DNA of 64,000 nucleotides. It comes from Thermoanaerobaculia bacterium (GTDB lineage: Bacteria > Acidobacteriota > Thermoanaerobaculia > Multivoradales > JAGPDF01). The stretch covers positions 3,969-67,968 of the forward strand of contig JBDTQG010000009.1 in NCBI GenBank assembly GCA_039932315.1, in the 5' to 3' direction. Below the pieces are notes generated by a model, which made no database searches, had not been told where the DNA came from, and saw nothing but the letters and a program-made list of their open reading frames with translations. The number at the start of each line of letters is the position of its first letter. Position 1 is the stretch's first letter. Below, in pieces: positions 16,375 to 29,182 of this stretch. Position numbers and translations under genes: made by a program.

Positions 16375-17961
16375 TCAGAAGAGGAAGGTCGACCAGGCGT
16401 CCGTCGTCTGATCCTCGAAGCCGTCCTCGAAGATCGCGTTGGTGAGCCGCACGATCTTCGCCACCGACGGCACTCCGGTCGCGCTCAGAGCAAACAGCAT
16501 GTAGTGACCGGGCGGGGCGAGCCGCGGATCGGACGGTGCCGTGACCGTCCGCCCCGAGACGGACGGCGTCGAGACGAGATTCAGAAACCGCTGATTCATG
16601 TTGAAGCTGTGCGTCACCGATCCGAGCCGGACGAAGGTGAGCGCTGCAACCGGCGTTTCCGGACCCAGCTCGACGTCGAACGACTTGCCGAAGGCCACCG
16701 AGGCGGGCGCCGCGAGAATCGTCGGGCGGGGTCCGTGGAAGAGATAGGGCGGAGAGAAGAGCTGCGCGTTCAGATGACTGGAATCGCCATGCTCGGTGTC
16801 GCTCGGGTGGCCGCCGCCGCCGACCAGCACCCGGCCGTCGGGCAGCAGCAGCGCCATCGAGTGGTAGAGCCGCGCCTCCGCGATCGGCGCGAGCGGAATC
16901 CAGGCCGGGCTTCCCGGGCTCCAGATCTCGGTCGCGAGCACCGCTCCCGTCGCATTGTTGAAGCCGTCCGCCGAAGTACCGCCGGTCGCGAGCACGGAGC
17001 CGTCCGGGAGAACGGTGAGATTCAGCTGGCGTCGCGCGTGCGCCATGGGCGGGAGCTCGGTGAACGCCGGAGTCGGGGCGAGGAGATCGATGCTCTGGAC
17101 GGTCGCTGTCGGCGGCTGGCCGCCGCCGGCGAAGAGAATTTTGCCGGCGGAATAGGCGACCGCGGAACCGTAGTCGCGGAACCCGTGCCCGCTGTTGGCG
17201 ACGGCGCTCCAGGCGCCGGTGCCGGAAGTGTCGAGCTCGAAGGCCGGGGCCTGCGGCCCGACGACGAACGCCTTGCCGTTCGGCGCCTGGAAAACCAGCG
17301 GGTAGTAGGGCAGGTCCCGCTCCGCGTCCGTGAGGTTGCGCCAACTGAACTCTTGCGGCCGATAGACCTGCGGCAGCAGATTGGAGCCCCCGTTCGCATC
17401 GGTCCCGGAGAGGATCAGCGCTTCACCGGTCGAAAGTGTGGTCGCCGTCGGGTACCAGCGGCCGGCGTTCATCTCCGGCAGCATGGACCACGAAGAGCGG
17501 AACGGATCGAAGGTCGCCGCGAACGGCTGGCCGCGGAGATCGGAATAGTGCCCGCCGGCGACGAACAGCCGTCCGTCTTCCAGGAATGTGTGGCCGGAGC
17601 AGAAGAGATCGTGCCCCGGCGGGGGGTCGGGAACAGCGGTGAACTCGCCGCTCGCCGGATCCCAGAGACGGGGATGTCCGTCGTTCTCCGGCACGTCGTG
17701 CCGGTCCCAGAAGAGCACCTTGCCCGTCGGCAGAAGATGCGAGTGAATCGGAATCGTCGGGAAGGGAAAGGGGGCGGTCCATTGACCGACCGTCGCCGGA
17801 TCCGCGGGGCCTTCGACCGCGCCGGCGTCGGGATGCCGGGCCTCTCCGGGCGCGAGCGCTGAAGCGGGAGCCCGCGCGAGAAGCCGTGTCGCGGCCGGGC
17901 TGAAGAGTGCGAGGGAAAGCGCTGCAGTCAGGAGCGTTCGTCGCAGGACCCGACGCTTCAT
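16375..17961 (-). CDS. Secreted radical copper oxidase (glyoxal oxidase / galactose oxidase-like Kelch propeller + DUF1929 C-terminal domain)
   Basis: Signal peptide [20 protein letters not shown]. Motifs [23 protein letters not shown] (Cys of the Cys-Tyr cofactor context), [30 protein letters not shown] and a C-terminal Ig-like domain ([23 protein letters not shown]). Confidence 0.7.
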   Translation of the reverse strand: MKRRVLRRTLLTAALSLALFSPAATRLLARAPASALAPGEARHPDAGAVEGPADPATVGQWTAPFPFPTIPIHSHLLPTGKVLFWDRHDVPENDGHPRLWDPASGEFTAVPDPPPGHDLFCSGHTFLEDGRLFVAGGHYSDLRGQPFAATFDPFRSSWSMLPEMNAGRWYPTATTLSTGEALILSGTDANGGSNLLPQVYRPQEFSWRNLTDAERDLPYYPLVFQAPNGKAFVVGPQAPAFELDTSGTGAWSAVANSGHGFRDYGSAVAYSAGKILFAGGGQPPTATVQSIDLLAPTPAFTELPPMAHARRQLNLTVLPDGSVLATGGTSADGFNNATGAVLATEIWSPGSPAWIPLAPIAEARLYHSMALLLPDGRVLVGGGGHPSDTEHGDSSHLNAQLFSPPYLFHGPRPTILAAPASVAFGKSFDVELGPETPVAALTFVRLGSVTHSFNMNQRFLNLVSTPSVSGRTVTAPSDPRLAPPGHYMLFALSATGVPSVAKIVRLTNAIFEDGFEDQTTDAWSTFLF

Positions 17962-18028
17962 GGCGGCACTCTATCGGCTCCGGCGGACGGCGGGACGTCG
18001 CCGTGCGGCTGATAGGATTCGGCCTCGC

Positions 18029-21294
<3,266 letters not shown>

Positions 21295-21298
<4 letters not shown>

Positions 21299-21777
21299 CC
21301 GGCGTGGCGCCGGAGATCCGGATCTATACCGATGGTGCGTGCAGCGGGAATCCCGGTCCGGGAGGTTACGGCGCGGTGCTGGTGTCCGGCGAGCATCGCA
21401 AGGAGCTCGCCCGCGGATTTCGCAAGACGACCAACAACCGGATGGAGCTGCTCGCGGTCATCGAGGGGCTGAAATCGCTGAAGACCCACCGTCGCGTCGA
21501 AGTCTGGAGCGACTCGAAGTACGTCGTCGAAGCGATCGAAAAGGGCTGGGCGAAGAAGTGGCGCCTGAACGGCTGGCGGAAGGCGGACAAGAAGCCGGCA
21601 CTCAATCCCGATCTCTGGCACGAGCTGCTCCTGCTGCTCGAAATGCATCAGGTCAAATTCATCTGGCTTCGCGGGCACGACGGTCACGCCGAGAACGAAC
21701 GCGCCGATCAGCTCGCGGTCACCGCGTTGCGCGGCCCCGATCTAGGAATCGACCGCGCCTACGAAGCCGGCAGATAG
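21295..21777 (+). CDS. rnhA: Ribonuclease HI
   Basis: [41 protein letters not shown] and [15 protein letters not shown]. The GTG start forms a GTGA overlap with the carB stop. Confidence 0.85.
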
Positions 21778-21809
21778 GTTCGACAAACCGAAGCGAAAGG
21801 ATCCGATCC

Positions 21810-24629
21810 ATGGCCTCAGCCCGTTTTCTGCGTGCTGTCTTCACCGCCAGCCTGCTGGTTCCCGCGTCCACCGCGACCCATCCGGCCGCTGCGGCGGCCC
21901 CGGCGACGCCCGCGGCGCCGGTCCAGGGCGCCTCCGTCGAAGGCATCACCGAGTACGACCTCGCCAACGGACTGCGCGTGCTGCTCTTTCCGGACGCGTC
22001 GAAACCGACGACGACGGTGAACGTCACCTATCTCGTGGGTTCACGGCACGAAGGCTACGGCGAAACGGGAATGGCGCACCTCCTCGAACACATGGTGTTC
22101 AAGGGATCGCCGAAGCACACCAACATCCCGCAGGAGCTCACGTCGCACGGCGCGCGCCCCAACGGCTCGACCTGGTACGACCGCACGAACTACTACGAGA
22201 CGTTCGCCGCGAGCGACGAAAACCTCGCCTGGGCGCTCGATCTCGAAGCGGACCGGATGGTCGGCAGCTTCGTGCGCAAGTCGGATCTCGATTCCGAAAT
22301 GACCGTGGTGCGAAACGAGTTCGAGTCGGGCGAGAACTCACCTCAGGGCGTGCTCGAGGAGCGCGTCCTTTCGACGATGTATCTCTGGCACAACTACGGC
22401 AAATCGACGATCGGATCGCGCGCCGACATCGAGAAGGTTCCCATCGATCGCCTGCAGGCGTTCTATCGCAAGTACTACCAGCCGGATAACGCAGTGCTCG
22501 TCGTCGCCGGAAAGTTCGATACGGCCAGGGCGCTCGAGCTGGCGGCGAAGACGTTCGGCGCGATTCCGCGTCCCGCGCGCGTACTCGATACGACCTGGAC
22601 GACCGAGCCGGCTCAGGACGGCGAGCGCGCAGTGACGCTGCGGCGGGTCGGCGACGTGCAGTCGATCGCCGTCGGGTATCACGTGCCGGCGGGCTCCGAT
22701 GGCGATTTCGCCGCCGTCGAGGTGCTCTCCGATCTGATGAGCGACACGCCTGCGGGGCGGCTGCACAAGGCGCTCGTCACGACGCAGCTCGCCTCGTCGG
22801 TCGGTGGCTGGACGAAAGAAGGACACGATCCGAGCTTCCTGATCCTTTCGGCCGACGTCCGCAAGGAGCGTTCGCTTTCCGAAGCCAAGGACCGGCTGCT
22901 GGCGACGGCTGACGGTTTCGCCGCGTCGCCCGCGACGGATTCCGAAGTCGAGCGCGCGAAAGCGAGCCTCCTCAAGCAGTGGGAGAGCACGATGCGCAAT
23001 TCGGAGCGCGCCGCCATCGCGATCTCGGAGTGGATCGGCGTCGGCGACTGGCGTCTGCTGTTCCTTCACCGGGATCGCCTCGAGAAGGTGACGGCGGCCG
23101 ACGTGCAGCGCGTGGCGCTCGCGTATCTCAAGCCGGAGAACCGCACGGTCGGTCTCTTCGAGCCGACGAGCTCACCGCAGCGCGCGGAGATTCCATCTCC
23201 GCCGGACGTCGCTCTGCTGACGCGAGACTACGCCGGGCGCAAGGCGATGGACGCTGGAGAGGATTTCGATCCCGCACCGGCGGCGATCGAAGCCCGGCTC
23301 GACCGCCGCGCTCTCTGTTCCGGAATGAACGTCGTTCTGCTGCCGAAGAACACCCGCGGCGACACGGTGAATCTCTCGTTCGTCCTCGACCTCGGCGATG
23401 AAACCAGTCTTCAGGGCCGCCGTCTTGCCGGCGAGCTCACCGCGCGAATGCTGCTGCGCGGCAGCGCAAAACACAGCCGTGAGGAGATCCAGAGCACTCT
23501 CGACGGGCTGCGGACGCAGATGAACATCAATGGCGGAGCTTCGCAGGTGGTCATCTCTCTCGAAACGACCCGGCCCAATCTCGAGGCGGCGCTCCGGCTA
23601 CTCGCGGAAGTTCTGCGTCAACCGGCTTTCGCCACCGCGGAATTCGAAATTCTCCGCCAGGAAACCCTCGCCGAGCTCGAAGACTCGAAAGCCGAGCCGC
23701 AGCAACGCGCCAGCGAAGCGCTGGGCAAGTATCTGCGGCCCTGGCCGGCGAGCGACCCGCGCTACACCCCGAGTGTCGAGGAACAGATCGCCGGCCTCGC
23801 CAAGGTCACGGCGGCCGACGCGCAGACGTTCTATCGCGATTTCTACGGCGCCTCGGCGTCGGAGCTCGCGATCGTCGGCGACTTCGACGGCGGCAAGACC
23901 GCCGGTCTGCTGTCCGAGCTGTTCTGCGACTGGAAGAGCGCCAAAGCCTTCACCCGTCTCCCGACGCCATTCGTCGACCGGCCAGCCAAGTTCGAGAAGA
24001 TCGAGACGCCGGACAAGGAGAACGCGATTTTCATCGCGGCTCAGCGCCTCTCGATGCAGGACACGGATCCAGATTTTCCGGCGCTGACGATGGGAAATTT
24101 TCTCACCGGCGGCGGCTTCCTGAACTCGCGCCTCGCCCAGCGACTGCGGCAGAAAGAAGGGCTCTCCTACGGCGCCGGTTCCCAGTTTCAGGCCAGCGCA
24201 TGGGAAAAGGACGGCGCATTCACGGCCTTCGCGATCTATGCGCCGCAGAACGGTGTGCGTCTGAAGCAGGCCTTCGAAGAGGAGATCGCGAAGATTCAGG
24301 CGAGCGGATTCACCGAGGCCGAGGTCAATGAAGCACGCAAAGGCTGGCTGCAGGGACGCCAGGTTTCGCGGGGCACCGATCGGGAGCTCGCGCGGCTGCT
24401 GACGACGCGGACGTTCCAGCATCGCACTCTCGCCTTCGACGAAGACATCGATCGACGCGTCACGGCGCTGTCGGCGGCGGATGTTTCGGCGGTGGTGAAG
24501 CGCTACTTCGATGTTTCGAAAATGACCATCGTCCAGGCGGGTGACTTCGCAAAGTCCGCGGCTGCGGAGCCTGCGGCGACCGCGGGGACACCGGCGGCAC
24601 CCCCTCCGACCGGCAAGAAGGAGCACTGA
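21810..24629 (+). CDS. Secreted M16-family (pitrilysin/insulinase-like) zinc peptidase with fused active and inactive halves
   Basis: Start at ATG 21810 (MASARFLRAVFTASLLVPAS, signal-like), in frame with track ORF 21339..24629. HxxEH motif GMAHLLEHMVFKGS. A second M16-like half follows, and the total is about 939 aa. Confidence 0.85.
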   Translation: MASARFLRAVFTASLLVPASTATHPAAAAAPATPAAPVQGASVEGITEYDLANGLRVLLFPDASKPTTTVNVTYLVGSRHEGYGETGMAHLLEHMVFKGSPKHTNIPQELTSHGARPNGSTWYDRTNYYETFAASDENLAWALDLEADRMVGSFVRKSDLDSEMTVVRNEFESGENSPQGVLEERVLSTMYLWHNYGKSTIGSRADIEKVPIDRLQAFYRKYYQPDNAVLVVAGKFDTARALELAAKTFGAIPRPARVLDTTWTTEPAQDGERAVTLRRVGDVQSIAVGYHVPAGSDGDFAAVEVLSDLMSDTPAGRLHKALVTTQLASSVGGWTKEGHDPSFLILSADVRKERSLSEAKDRLLATADGFAASPATDSEVERAKASLLKQWESTMRNSERAAIAISEWIGVGDWRLLFLHRDRLEKVTAADVQRVALAYLKPENRTVGLFEPTSSPQRAEIPSPPDVALLTRDYAGRKAMDAGEDFDPAPAAIEARLDRRALCSGMNVVLLPKNTRGDTVNLSFVLDLGDETSLQGRRLAGELTARMLLRGSAKHSREEIQSTLDGLRTQMNINGGASQVVISLETTRPNLEAALRLLAEVLRQPAFATAEFEILRQETLAELEDSKAEPQQRASEALGKYLRPWPASDPRYTPSVEEQIAGLAKVTAADAQTFYRDFYGASASELAIVGDFDGGKTAGLLSELFCDWKSAKAFTRLPTPFVDRPAKFEKIETPDKENAIFIAAQRLSMQDTDPDFPALTMGNFLTGGGFLNSRLAQRLRQKEGLSYGAGSQFQASAWEKDGAFTAFAIYAPQNGVRLKQAFEEEIAKIQASGFTEAEVNEARKGWLQGRQVSRGTDRELARLLTTRTFQHRTLAFDEDIDRRVTALSAADVSAVVKRYFDVSKMTIVQAGDFAKSAAAEPAATAGTPAAPPPTGKKEH

Positions 24630-24630
24630 G

Positions 24631-26049
24631 ATGGCGGGTTCGCGTACCGAAAAGGACAGCCTGGGCGATATCGATGTCGCCGCCGACGTTTACTGGGGCG
24701 CGCAGACCGAGCGTGCGCGGCGCAACTTTCCGGTGTCCGGTCTGGTTTTCCAGCGCCGCTTCATCGCCGCGCTCGGACTGATCAAGGGCGAGTGCGCGGC
24801 GGTCAACGCGGCGATGGGCATCGTCGACGTGAAGCTCGCGTCGAACATCGTCGCTGCCGCCCTCGAGGTTTACGAAGGCAAGCTCGACGCGCACTTTCCC
24901 CTCGACATCTTTCAGACCGGCAGCGGCACCTCGACCAACATGAACGCCAACGAAGTGATCTCGAATCGCGCCATCGAAATGCTCGGCGGCGCCATGGGAT
25001 CGAAGAAACCGGTCCATCCGAACGACCACGTGAACGCCGGGCAGTCGTCGAACGACGTCATTCCGACGGCGATTCACGTCTCGGCGTACGCGGCGATCGC
25101 CGAGGATCTCGTTCCGGCGCTGGCCCGTCTGCAGGCCGCTCTCGCGGCCAAGGCGCGGGAATTCGATGACGTCGTGAAAATCGGCCGGACGCATCTCCAG
25201 GATGCCGTCCCGGTTCGGCTCGGGCAGGACTTCTCCGGCTTCGCGCAGCAGATCGCGAACGGCATCGAGCGGCTGCACGCGGTCGAACCGCGACTCGCGG
25301 AGCTCGCTCTCGGCGGCACGGCCGTCGGGACGGGACTCAACGCCCCTGCGGGATTCGCCGACGCCGTCATCGCCCGCATGAGCCAGCGCAGCGGTCATCC
25401 GTTCGTCCCCGCACGCAACCGATTCGAGGCGATGGCCGGAAAGGACGCCGCTGTCGAAGCGAGCGGAGCGCTGAAGACCGTTGCCGTGTCGCTGAACAAG
25501 ATCGCCAACGATCTCCGCTGGCTGGGGTCCGGGCCGCGTTGCGGCATCGGCGAGATCAGTCTGCCGTCGCTTCAGCCCGGGAGCTCCATCATGCCGGGCA
25601 AGGTGAACCCGGTCATTCCAGAAATGACGACGATGGTCGTCGCCCAGGTGATCGGCAACGACGCGACCATCGCGATCGGTGGCATGAGCGGCAACTTCGA
25701 GCTCAACGTCATGATGCCGGTCATCGCCTACAACCTGCTGCAGTCGATCGAAATTCTGACCGCCGCCGCGAACCTCCTGGTCGACCGTTGCGTCGCCGGC
25801 ATCACCGCCAACCGCGAGCGTTGTCTCGAACTGGTCGAAAAGTCGCTCGCCATGGTGACGGCGCTCGCGCCGAAGATCGGCTATGACGCTGCAGCGGCGA
25901 TCGCCAAGGAGTCCGTGGCGACAGGTAGGACCGTGCGCGAGATCTGCGTCGCGAAGAACCTGATGCCCGCCGCCGAGCTCGCCGCGATCCTCGACCCCTG
26001 GGCCCAGACCGAAGGCGGTGTCGTGGAGGGAGCCAGCGCCGGCGGCTAG
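24631..26049 (+). CDS. fumC: Class II fumarate hydratase (aspartase/fumarase superfamily)
   Basis: Start ATG 24631 (MAGSRTEKDSLGDIDVAADVYWGAQTERARRNF). Motifs QTGSGTSTNMNANEV and the signature GSSIMPGKVNP. The N-terminal and TGSGT regions look more like fumarase than aspartase. Confidence 0.8.
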   Translation: MAGSRTEKDSLGDIDVAADVYWGAQTERARRNFPVSGLVFQRRFIAALGLIKGECAAVNAAMGIVDVKLASNIVAAALEVYEGKLDAHFPLDIFQTGSGTSTNMNANEVISNRAIEMLGGAMGSKKPVHPNDHVNAGQSSNDVIPTAIHVSAYAAIAEDLVPALARLQAALAAKAREFDDVVKIGRTHLQDAVPVRLGQDFSGFAQQIANGIERLHAVEPRLAELALGGTAVGTGLNAPAGFADAVIARMSQRSGHPFVPARNRFEAMAGKDAAVEASGALKTVAVSLNKIANDLRWLGSGPRCGIGEISLPSLQPGSSIMPGKVNPVIPEMTTMVVAQVIGNDATIAIGGMSGNFELNVMMPVIAYNLLQSIEILTAAANLLVDRCVAGITANRERCLELVEKSLAMVTALAPKIGYDAAAAIAKESVATGRTVREICVAKNLMPAAELAAILDPWAQTEGGVVEGASAGG

Positions 26050-26152
26050 CCGGCGCTGTTCGAGTCGCTTCCGGCGGCTAGCCGGCGCGGATCGAAATGC
26101 CTACGGCGGCAAGCCGCGGGTGTTTCGGCGCGCTGCGCCATTGGGCTCAGGC

Positions 26153-28225
26153 CTACGGACAGGTGGCGAAGGCTGAGCTGTCCGTGATCGCGGGCGATGC
26201 TGTTCCCAGCGGGTTCGAGTAGGTCCTCGTGGCGAGACCCAGCGTGTCGGTGACGTTCATCGTGTACTCGACATCGGTCGTCGCCGCGGCATAGACCCAG
26301 TAGCGCGAGTTCAGACTGCATCCGTCGATGATCTTCACGAGAAACTCGATGTTGTCCGGAGCGAAAAACCAGAACATCCCGGATTCCTCTGCGAACGGCA
26401 CCGCCCAGCCCGTGCCGGATCGACCCGCGTAGTCGTGCCATGAGATCCGGACACGAAAACGCCCGTTGCGCAGGAACAGCGTGTCTTCCTCGGCCGAGGT
26501 CACCGCTTCGAGCTCCGGAAAGCTGGGCAGCGGAGCGACAGGAGATGAGAGGGTCGACGGTGCGGTGCCGAAGCCTCCGACAGAAAGCGGCGTGAGCTCG
26601 GCTGCCGTGGGCTTCTGCCTGCTTGCGGACTGCACGTTGCAACTGGCGAATGCCGCAGAGTCCGTGATGGCTGCGGCGCGGTGGCCCAGCGCATTGGCAT
26701 ATTGCCGCGACAAACCGGTCGCCGTGTCGGTCACGGTGATCCGGTATTCGACGTCGGTCGTCGCTCCCGCATAGACCCAGAAATGTTGGTTGAGCTCGCA
26801 GCCGTCGATCACCTTGATCAGCACTTCGAGGTTGTCGGGAGTGAAGAACCAGAAGAGTCCGGAGTCGTCGGTGAAGGGTACGGCCCGTCCGGCGCCGGTG
26901 CGGCCGGCATCGTCGCGCCACGAGACCTCGACGCGGAAGCGGTTGTTGTGAAGGCAGAGCGCGTCGACGCCGGCGTGGCAGGCGGGAACTGGAGTATCCA
27001 GCCGCTGACCGAAGACTCCATCGTCCGATCCATCCTGTTCGACGCTGTTCCAAGCCACGACGAAATGACCGTCGCGGCCCGAGGCGATCGCTGGGTGCGC
27101 CTGAGCGAACGGCGTGAAGGTGTTGACCTGGAACTCGTGGCCGACCGGGCCGCCGGCGAACGCAAATCGCTGCCCGAAGATTCCAGGCCCCGGGGAGCCG
27201 TCCTGGCCGGAGTAGCTCTGCCAGGCAACGACGAACTCCCCCGAGTCGTCGATCGCCACTTTGGGATCGTTCTGATAGTTCGAGGTGTAGGTATTCACCT
27301 GGAACTCCTGTCCCACCCGCTCTCCAGTGGCGCCGAAACGCTGCGCGAACGCCCCGAAGCCTGTCGGTGCGTCCTGGCCGGCGCTGCTCCAGGCCACGAC
27401 AAAATTGCCCGCGCTGTCGCTGGCTACGGACGGTACCCACTGCTGATGCGTCGTGAAGGTGTTGACCTGAAATTCATTCGCCCGGGGGACGCCCGCCGCA
27501 TCGAAGCGCCGGCCATGAATGTCCCAATCGTCTGACTGGTAACTGCCCCAGGCGACGACGAAATTCCCCTCGGCGTCAGCTGCCACTGCGGGATGTTGCT
27601 GATCGCTGGCGGTGAAGCTGTTGACCTTGAACTCGCTTCCCACCCTGACTCCGGAGGCGTCAAATCGCTGGCCAAGAATTCCGTAGCGCGAACCGTCCTG
27701 AGCTGGACCCTGCCAGACCACGACGAAGTCGCCGCCAGTTTGCATCGACACCGCGGGATAGCGCTGACGGCCCGGCGTGTAGGTGTTGACCTGAAACTCA
27801 CCTCCCAGCTTGTTCGCAGTCGCGCTGAATCTCTGTCCGAAGACGTCGAATTCTGTAGCCGCCGCTCCCGGGCGCTCCCAGATCACGACGAACTCGCCGG
27901 CGTCGGCGACGGCCACTGCGGGTTCCCGCGGCGCATAGGGCGCCTGGTTGGTGACCTGAAATTCCGCTCCTTGCGCGGATCCATCCGCATCGAAGCGCTG
28001 TCCGGAAATTCTCGGATGAAGGAAACCCGGATCGTAGTCCTTCCAGACCACGACGAAGTTGCCGTCGCCGCCAGCGGCCACGGCGGGACGATCCTGACGG
28101 CCGACCGTGGTGGTATTGATCTGAAATTCCGGTCCGAGCAACTGGGCGAAGCCCGCCGTCGAGAGAACGGCGAGGCCGGAGAACGAGACCGCGAGGCGTC
28201 TGCGCTGCCGTGGCGCTTCAGCCGA
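26153..28225 (-). CDS. Secreted repeat protein of unknown function: 7 x ~55-aa 'EFQVNT...FVVVW...GQRF' repeats plus two tandem ~110-aa Cys-containing C-terminal domains; start codon unresolved
   Basis: Track ORF 26153..28369. Signal-like RRRLAVSFSGLAVLSTAGFAQ. The repeats begin at aa 81, 136, 191, 246, 299, 355 and 412 of the track ORF (nt 26996..28129). The twin domains are at nt 26639..26965 and 26156..26485. Their shared pattern is NRFRVxVSW..AGRTG.G.AVPF..DSGxFWFF.PDN.E.L.K.IDGC.LN...WVYA.ATTDVEY...VTDT. No canonical start lies after the upstream stop, so the 5' end is set provisionally at 28225. Confidence 0.65.
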   Translation of the reverse strand, partial: SAEAPRQRRRLAVSFSGLAVLSTAGFAQLLGPEFQINTTTVGRQDRPAVAAGGDGNFVVVWKDYDPGFLHPRISGQRFDADGSAQGAEFQVTNQAPYAPREPAVAVADAGEFVVIWERPGAAATEFDVFGQRFSATANKLGGEFQVNTYTPGRQRYPAVSMQTGGDFVVVWQGPAQDGSRYGILGQRFDASGVRVGSEFKVNSFTASDQQHPAVAADAEGNFVVAWGSYQSDDWDIHGRRFDAAGVPRANEFQVNTFTTHQQWVPSVASDSAGNFVVAWSSAGQDAPTGFGAFAQRFGATGERVGQEFQVNTYTSNYQNDPKVAIDDSGEFVVAWQSYSGQDGSPGPGIFGQRFAFAGGPVGHEFQVNTFTPFAQAHPAIASGRDGHFVVAWNSVEQDGSDDGVFGQRLDTPVPACHAGVDALCLHNNRFRVEVSWRDDAGRTGAGRAVPFTDDSGLFWFFTPDNLEVLIKVIDGCELNQHFWVYAGATTDVEYRITVTDTATGLSRQYANALGHRAAAITDSAAFASCNVQSASRQKPTAAELTPLSVGGFGTAPSTLSSPVAPLPSFPELEAVTSAEEDTLFLRNGRFRVRISWHDYAGRSGTGWAVPFAEESGMFWFFAPDNIEFLVKIIDGCSLNSRYWVYAAATTDVEYTMNVTDTLGLATRTYSNPLGTASPAITDSSAFATCP

Positions 28226-28226
28226 C

Positions 28227-28796
28227 CTACTCGTTGTCCCAGCTCCAGCCGAGGGCGATCGAGGCGATGACGTCGATCGTGTTGTCGCCGGCGTCGTAGA
28301 CGCGGGCGCGGACTTCCGGGCGCAGGTAGAGATTGTCGCCGAGCATCGCGCGGTATCCAAGTCCCACATGAACCGAGAGCGTCGATTTCTTGAGGTCGAC
28401 GTCAGGACTCGCGACGTGCGCGTCGACGTTCAGATCCGTGACTCCGAGGCCGGTGAAGATCTCGAAGTTCTCGCCTTTCGGATACGCAACGTACGACGCT
28501 TCGAGCGAATCGATCTGCCCGTCGACGTTGCCGTTCCGGCCGTAACCTTTGCCGTTGTTCTTCTCGAAGCGCTCGTAGGCGAGCATCAGGCCCCAGCCGT
28601 GCGAGGGCATCCAGCCGCCGCGCACGCCGTAGGAGACGTTGTCGTCGAGCTCCTCCGCGACGTAGTAGCCGGCGAATCCTTCGATGCGTCCGGTGCCCTC
28701 GGCGCGCGCTGCGGTCGCGAAGCCGAGCGCTGCCACGAAAGTCGCGCCGATCGCGAGCGCCGAACTCAGACGTCCCAGTTGCACGGAATTCCTCAT
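28227..28796 (-). CDS. Small outer-membrane beta-barrel protein (OmpA-N/OmpW-like 8-strand barrel family)
   Basis: Start ATG 28796 (MRNSVQLGRLSSALAIGATFVAALGFATAARA, signal peptide). Alternating hydrophobic strands (GFAGYYVA, YGVRGGW, WGLMLAYE, LEASYVAY, FEIFTGLGV, LSVHVGLGY, LYLRPEVR) and an aromatic-rich C-terminus (IALGWSWDNE). Confidence 0.6.
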   Translation of the reverse strand: MRNSVQLGRLSSALAIGATFVAALGFATAARAEGTGRIEGFAGYYVAEELDDNVSYGVRGGWMPSHGWGLMLAYERFEKNNGKGYGRNGNVDGQIDSLEASYVAYPKGENFEIFTGLGVTDLNVDAHVASPDVDLKKSTLSVHVGLGYRAMLGDNLYLRPEVRARVYDAGDNTIDVIASIALGWSWDNE

Positions 28797-28797
28797 C

Positions 28798-29145
28798 TCA
28801 CCCTCCCGGAGAGTTGCAGTCGTCCACGAGCTCTTCGAGGCTCGGAACGTGAAATCCAACCAGCAGTCGCTGTCCGCGACGCAGCATCGGCGCACGAAAT
28901 TTTCCCGTCGGTCCCTTGAGATCGACCGGTCGAGTGCCCTGCGCGCTGCGCTTGTCGATCTTCTGCCCGCGGGCGATCCAGACTTCATCGACCGTCGCCA
29001 GGAGGTCCCGGATTTCGGGCTCGCTGAACGCGTTCCGGGTGCTGCGCTCGGACCGGATGGTCACCTTGCGTTCGCCGAGCAGCGAGCGCGTCTTCTCGCA
29101 GCTCTCGCAGCTCGGTCGGGCATAGAAGAAATCGACTGCGGGCAT
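28798..29145 (-). CDS. ArsC/Spx/MgsR-family thioredoxin-fold protein
   Basis: 115 aa. N-terminal CxxC (ARPSCESCEKTRSLL) and a C-terminal RAPMLRRGQRLLVGF pattern, as in ArsC-family small redox proteins. Confidence 0.55.
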   Translation of the reverse strand: MPAVDFFYARPSCESCEKTRSLLGERKVTIRSERSTRNAFSEPEIRDLLATVDEVWIARGQKIDKRSAQGTRPVDLKGPTGKFRAPMLRRGQRLLVGFHVPSLEELVDDCNSPGG

Positions 29146-29182
29146 CGAGTCAAGGCTAACATGCGGGAGGAGCCGGGCTCGG

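Noticed and set aside
16192-17862. 556-aa plus-strand ORF overlapping the radical copper oxidase gene
   Set aside because: The product is Arg-rich nonsense. It runs through the 10-bp repeat array and lies antisense to a gene with signal peptide, Kelch and DUF1929 signatures.
21339-21809. N-terminal extension of the M16 peptidase ORF overlapping rnhA
   Set aside because: It is an out-of-frame overlap with a well-supported RNase HI gene. A signal-peptide-like start exists at ATG 21810.
26038-26089. 18-bp direct repeat CCGGCGGCTAGCCGGCGC, present twice, spanning the fumC stop
   Set aside because: It is only two short copies in GC-rich DNA and contains a trivial 10-bp palindrome (CGGCTAGCCG). 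No associated structure or gene was found. It is probably a local duplication of no clear function.
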